From Geosiphon pyriformis uo1 (Eukaryota; Fungi; Glomeromycota): DNA of 64,000 nt. This document shows positions 60,338-64,000 of this stretch, one piece after another. Position 1 is the first letter of the stretch. Every line of letters starts with the position of its first letter. The stretch is taken from contig JAAOMT010000128.1 of the NCBI GenBank assembly GCA_016748015.1, forward strand, positions 2,669,913 to 2,733,912. Direction: 5' to 3'. The notes below the pieces were generated by a model that saw nothing but the letters and a program-made list of their open reading frames with translations, was not told the DNA's origin and did no database searches. Position numbers and translations under genes: made by a program.

Positions 60338-63300
60338 TCACACGTTAAACCCTTTAATAATTAAAATAGGTGCCAATGACTGTTTTGGGACTACATCATC
60401 GCCACCTGTGTCGTGTTGTTCGGACATGACCGCACCCAGAACATCGCTACCTCGGTGGGGACGATCAGGTAGCATATTTTCTGTCCGTATATCTACCTCC
60501 AAGTCTTTATTGACCGAAGTTCTTGCCACCGTGGTAGACCTAGTTTCATCGCTGTTTATCATGGGTGGGATGACCTCTCTATTTACATTGTCTTGCTGCG
60601 GGTCACCCAATAGCTTATCAAGTTGGTCAAGAGTTTGAGTAGTGAATTTCACATCAAAAAGTTCAGTAATAAGGCGGCGAGTAGGTAGACGATATTGATA
60701 GGATGCAAGCATGTAATAAACTTTAAGAAAAGTGTCAAGTTTGGTGAAAATCTCCGGGTGTTGAACTCTTATCCTAATTTTTAAATAAAAAAAGGGTTTT
60801 TTTGGTTAATAAGCTTTTGAGATACAAGGCAAAGGGGATATTGAAAGAAAACTTAATGTTCCACTTTTGCAAACTCTTGGATCCAGTACTCGATAATATC
60901 CGATTGGTAAGATTAGTGAGAGCTCGCAAGAGATCACGTTCCACTGGAGAACTAGGCATTACTGGCCTATTTGTAGATGGTGCAGTCACAAAGCCATTAT
61001 ATGACCATTTTGGAAACTAAAAAATAAGGTCAATAATTTTAGACATTGGAATTAGGAGCATATTAATTGTCGCCTTTTCACACTTACGGATAGAAATTGC
61101 TGTGGTTTCATTGGAACACATAAACCTGTGCCTACACCGGTGTCTGGGTCATAGACACATTCCCAACCCAGTTCTTCCAATGTCTCAACTCCTTGAGCAG
61201 TTTTCCCTATCAAACCTATTACAAAAAAGCACGTTCTGTGAAGGTATTCAAAATTTTGCTAATTAATTAGAAAGAATCACGTGAAATGCTCTTAAAGATA
61301 AGAAAGATGCCTACCCTTTTAGCGAAAGAATTTCGGAATTTTCAGCTATATGAACAATATCCTTTATTATGTTCTCTTCCTCTAAGAAAGGCAAACCGCT
61401 CTTGGATGCACCAATGTTACCCTAGTTGAAGTATATTAAATAATGACTAATCAGAAGAAATATATTTTTGCCGAGTGAAATCAATTTATTTCTCTTGGCT
61501 TACCAGAGCCCAGAGGACGGATTTCAATTTTGAAACTATAGAAGAATCTCGTCTTTCCATTCCATGTTCTCTTACAAAACGGGCAAACTCTCGAAAATGA
61601 CCCCTTTCTCTTAATAGTTGACAACCTTCTTCAGTTTTTGCCAACTCGCCGTAAAAATGTGGTGGGGTCGTTCCATCAAATGTTTGCCTTTGATAAATTA
61701 GTTGTTGATTCTTCATCTGAGAGTGTTTTTATTTAAGAGCACGAGAAGAATCTGGATCAAATAAAGTTACATTTTGATATCATCCTCGTCATCCCTGCCA
61801 CTGTCCCCGCCGAGTTTTAATGCAGTTGCCAGTAATACTTCAAGTTGGGTAACATAGTACTGATTACGGCTCTGAAGAGCAAATTTTTGATTTTTTCACT
61901 AAATTGAAAATATTGGTTGTCAAGAGTTGAATTTTGCACTGTTTTTAACAGTACCTGAAACCAATCATCCATTTCCCTTTCTACGTAGTCGAATTCGGAG
62001 AGATATCGAAAACCTATTGATGTTGACAGAAACCTAAGAAGCAAGGGATTGCCAACTTCACCCAAATGATCCAAGCTAGGTCTTAGCTTCACAAGTAATT
62101 CAAGATTTTCCTTATGTTTACAAGTTTCTTCAAGGACGCGGACAGCCATTTCACAAACTTCCATAGCGGGATCATAGAGCTATTTCAAGGTGAATTTCAA
62201 AACTTCGATTTGGGTTTTTTTACTTAAACAAAAAAGTAGAATGGAAACGAACCTGAGTGATTAATAATCTAATACCCCAATCGTTAAATTTTTTGGTGGA
62301 GGTGCGCAAAATGGTGCCGAGATGCTTTGTTGCATAAAGTCTCATTTGCTTTTTGTATCAGAGAATTCGGTGAGCGAATATTTTCAATAAACTTCGGCTG
62401 TAAATAATTACCTTGTAGCCGGATGTCATTACTTTAGAGAGAATAATACGAGGATGTCCATCACTATTAATGTATTCATTTCGGGCGAATAAAAGTAATT
62501 GTTATCAGAAAATAAAAAGATTAAATTTGTAGATTCATATGCAGAGATAAATAAATCCATAACAAAAAATGAATTTGGTACATACAGGCTATAGTCCAAA
62601 CTAGTGATTATGACTTTGATTAGATCTTCACGACTTCGGAGTTCACTCAAGTGATAAAACGTATTGAAGATTTTAAACTTCTCCAACAATCTATTTAATT
62701 TTTTATTGTCTCCCAATATTTAATGACGATATCATGATCAAAAAGAAATAATATAGAAATTTAATCTACTTGCCTGACACCATCTTTGAACTTACTTAGA
62801 ACCCCTATCATAGTAAAGTATCCCGAGGTGAGAGTGTTTCCAATCCGTTCTTGAGAGAATAAAGGTTCTGATTCCACTGTACCCTTTATCTATGTGCCCA
62901 AAAGGCATAAAAACAATTTTCTTGGTTCTTTACTTCCGCGTGAGAATGATACTTGTATTGACATTCTCAAGTATAATAATGGGTTACCGGATCAAGTTGA
63001 GTCAAACCTTCAGCGATTTGTCTCAAAAATTTGTTACTCTCCAAAAACTTAATCCCATCCGTGTTTTTCAGCAGTGTTGTTATCAGCGTGCACCCTAAAC
63101 TTATAAACCGTTGAGTTTCCTAATAATCAAGAGTCTGGGTTAACAAGGTTAGAAGCTAGAAAATCATCTTAGAATAAATATTTAAATTTGCTTTAAATAC
63201 CGATTTTTTGACAATATCAGAGAAGCGACGACTTGAAGGTCGAAAAAAACCAATCAATCGCTTCAGATATTTACTTTTTATGGCTTCTTCTAACCTTCGA

Positions 63301-64000
63301 GGATTAAGTAAAGGACCTTGAAGTAACTCCATCAATGTTTCCAATTTCCATTTGGCATATTCCTTGGTATTTAAAACCTATATTTAATTATCCTCGTCAA
63401 CTTAAATCATCTATGCCCAATAAGCTTAAGTAAGAATGCTTACACATTGCGGATCATAACAAAGTAATCGAACGAAACCTGGGTATCCAAAAGCATGTTT
63501 CGAAAATGAACATCATCTATTTGAATTCCCATCGTAATCTTGACGTTCTCTACCTGCCGTGCACTTCTTCTTCGCCGGTCTTCAAGAGCTGTTGTTGCCC
63601 CCGTTTCTGCCAAATCATTCGACTGTAACCGAATTCGAGTTCTATTTAGATTATCAATGTGAGCTAGGGCCGCAGTTGCGTTATGACGCACAATTTCATC
63701 TTCAAATTTTGTTGCAAGTTTGAAAAGTTTGGGAAGTGACTGGCGAGGAATATAGATTTTCGATATTGAATAAATATAAATGATGATTTTGCTAGCCAAA
63801 AATTTGAATTCTCACTTGGATACGAATTGAACGGGATAAAGATAGCAACCGATTTGATAGCTGGAGAATTTCTCCAATAAAAAGAGTAGCTTTTCGTGCT
63901 ATCTCCTGATTTTTATCTTCAATAATTTCAATTAAGGCCTGGTGATCAATTACAAAATGAATATTATAACGACACATTGAATGAATTTCGTGAGATGGGA
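60338..64000 (-). CDS. RICTOR: RICTOR/Avo3 (TORC2 subunit) homolog, multi-exon; 5' part outside the window
   Basis: Motifs PPHFYGELAKTEEGCQLL, KLKSVLWAL, GNIGAS, TCFFVIGLI...LGWE, LLLRFLSTSIGFRYL and RRLITELFD. Short introns; no stops in exons. Confidence 0.9.

Overview
Eukaryotic, intron-containing, AT-rich fungal DNA. The TE types and host genes suggest an early-diverging fungus, probably Glomeromycotina; this is inference and was not checked. Bases 1-~57,300 are a nested block of decayed transposons: four related Ty3/Gypsy LTR retrotransposons (A 1-8911 minus; D ~9726-18400 minus and very old; B 21003-30476 minus, inside the 5' LTR of C; C 20336-40936 plus), a solo LTR, one hAT DNA transposon plus a fragment, and two near full-length head-to-head LINEs (APE-RT-RNase H). 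All are pseudogenised, almost entirely by C>T/G>A transitions. Bases ~57,500-64,000 hold two intact convergent host genes: a MED25-like gene (VWA plus ACID/PTOV) and a RICTOR/Avo3 homolog. The main finding is an unusual three-ORF layout in the Gypsy elements: a gag-PR-Cys-rich-dUTPase-RT-RNase H polyprotein, a stand-alone integrase ORF, and a conserved but fast-evolving ~210-aa ORF3 of unknown function that the ORF track largely misses. ORF3 sits just upstream of the 3' LTR, and each family has its own tandem array of mostly palindromic motifs, several inferred to have contained CpG, between the U3 CCAAT and TATA boxes. A and C are closely similar in pol and R-U5 but differ sharply in ORF3 and the U3 array. 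This suggests a co-evolving element-encoded regulator and cognate-site module, which is a hypothesis only.
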